From Psilocybe cubensis (lineage: Eukaryota), in assembly GCA_017499595.2 (NCBI GenBank), contig CM039004.1, forward strand, positions 2,852,001 through 2,916,000: DNA of 64,000 nt. The letters run 5' to 3'. Under the pieces are notes generated by a model. The model saw nothing but the letters and a program-made list of their open reading frames with translations. It searched no databases and was not told where the DNA came from. Made by a program: the position numbers and the translations under genes. Positions 62,791 to 64,000 of the stretch are shown here, piece by piece (position 1 is the first letter of the stretch; each line of letters begins with the position of its first letter).

Positions 62791-64000
62791 ATGTCTGGCT
62801 TTAAGAACGATACTTTCGATGACCGCGATACTGATCATCTAAAGTATCAAGGGAGCAGCTGGTTTCTATCGGGTTCTTGGAACGCAAGCAATGTTGGAAC
62901 GACGGGGACGCTCTCATCAACGAACGGTATTAATGACACTGTTACTTTTGTGAGTTTTCACTCGACGTAGCACCAGGAGTTGTCTTGGTAGCTGACTCGA
63001 CGCCATTCTCTCTGACAGACGTTTCCTGGTGCGTTCGGCTCAAACTGAACTTCAATGCTCTTTGACAACTAATGTTTGGATCACTATCGCAGAACCTGCC
63101 ATTGCTTTCTACTACTTTGGAATTCCACGCTGTTGCGGTGGTCAATATGGGATATGCATTGACTGCGACCCCAACAAACCAAACTTCATAACAATAGACG
63201 CCGTCAACATCACCGACGACGGACACAACCCTCCGGTATGCATAATCACTCATTGAAACTTCGACCCAAAGTGTCATTTTTGGTCGTACTAACAACCTAC
63301 TGACGCTGTCTTCTGTCTTCTTTGCTAGATTGTATTATTCTCACAGAGGTTCACCACCCCAGGCATACACGAGATTATCATTAAAAACGAACCAGACCTT
63401 CGGTTCGACGGACGTTCGCAGCTCACTATCGACGGAATTGTACTCGAAGTGCCAGATCCTTCAGCTGGTTCTTCTTCTTCTTCATCTTCCTCGTCCTCAT
63501 CAACAACCTCTTCCTCCTCGACTTCCACATCAAATGCCCCATCCCCATCCCCATCCACCGCACCCAGCACCTCTCCACCAATCGGCGCCATCGTCGGCGG
63601 CGTCCTCGGAGCACTCGCCTTCCTTCTCGCCATAATAGTACTCGCCTTTTGGATCCGCATACGCCGACGGCGTGCTCGAGAGACTGACAACCTCGCTGAA
63701 TCCGGCGGGCCCCGCCCAACCTTCGTCCAGCCCTTCAGCCCTGCAACAAACTCCTCGTTCTCAGCACCGACGCTGTCCACTTTCATGTCTCCCACAGAAA
63801 CCACCGTCTCCGCGTGGAACACCACATCTGCAGCTGCGAGTAGTGCGGGCACGAGCACCAATCGTCGCGGGCACCACGGGCACCATGCTCGTGGCGGAGC
63901 AAGCCATGCGGCGTTCCAGTCCGTATCCACTTTCTCCGACGCCACGTCCTCCTCACGCGTAGGAGGAGGCGGGGCTTCGAGTTCCGCATCAGGGCCCACT
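62791..64000 (+). CDS. Single-pass Cys-rich receptor-like protein, copy 3 (3'-truncated by the window edge; frame intact)
   Basis: MSGFKNDTFDDRD...; 10-nt micro-exon ACGTTTCCTG; PRCCGGQYGICIDCD; Ser stalk; TM IGAIVGGVLGALAFLLAIIVLAFW; RRRR; open frame to the window end. Confidence 0.85.

Noticed and set aside
63325-63999. Long antisense ORFs (also 43492-44124, 53854-54318, 50914-51405)
   Set aside because: Shadows of GC-rich exons on the opposite strand.

Overview
Gene-dense, intron-rich fungal genomic DNA. Short GT-AG introns and the gene families present point to a mushroom-forming basidiomycete (Agaricomycetes); the species cannot be read from the window. I reconstructed about 22 spliced genes by hand. 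Recognisable genes: gamma-tubulin (partial, divergent), CBM1-GH5_7 mannanase, Cwc27, Ubc6, thymidylate kinase, an acid ceramidase-like Ntn hydrolase, a SAM methyltransferase with a long disordered N-terminus, an ammonium transporter, an NTF2-like protein, an I9 protease inhibitor missed by the ORF track, a VPS9 GEF, an aryl-alcohol dehydrogenase, pirin and an M28 aminopeptidase. There are also two orphan genes and three locally duplicated families: two tandem WD40 genes, two inverted multi-pass membrane protein genes, and a triplicated head-to-head module. That module pairs a single-pass Cys-rich receptor-like gene with a stand-alone Bud6/Aip3 N-terminal-like gene and is the best candidate for an undescribed system. 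Only one copy keeps both genes intact, the shared promoter motifs are conserved in all three copies, one receptor copy is frameshifted at a hairpin right after its TM helix, and the receptor copies are mosaic. No rRNA, tRNA, CRISPR array or intact transposon was recognised. Family assignments come from motif recognition, not database searches.
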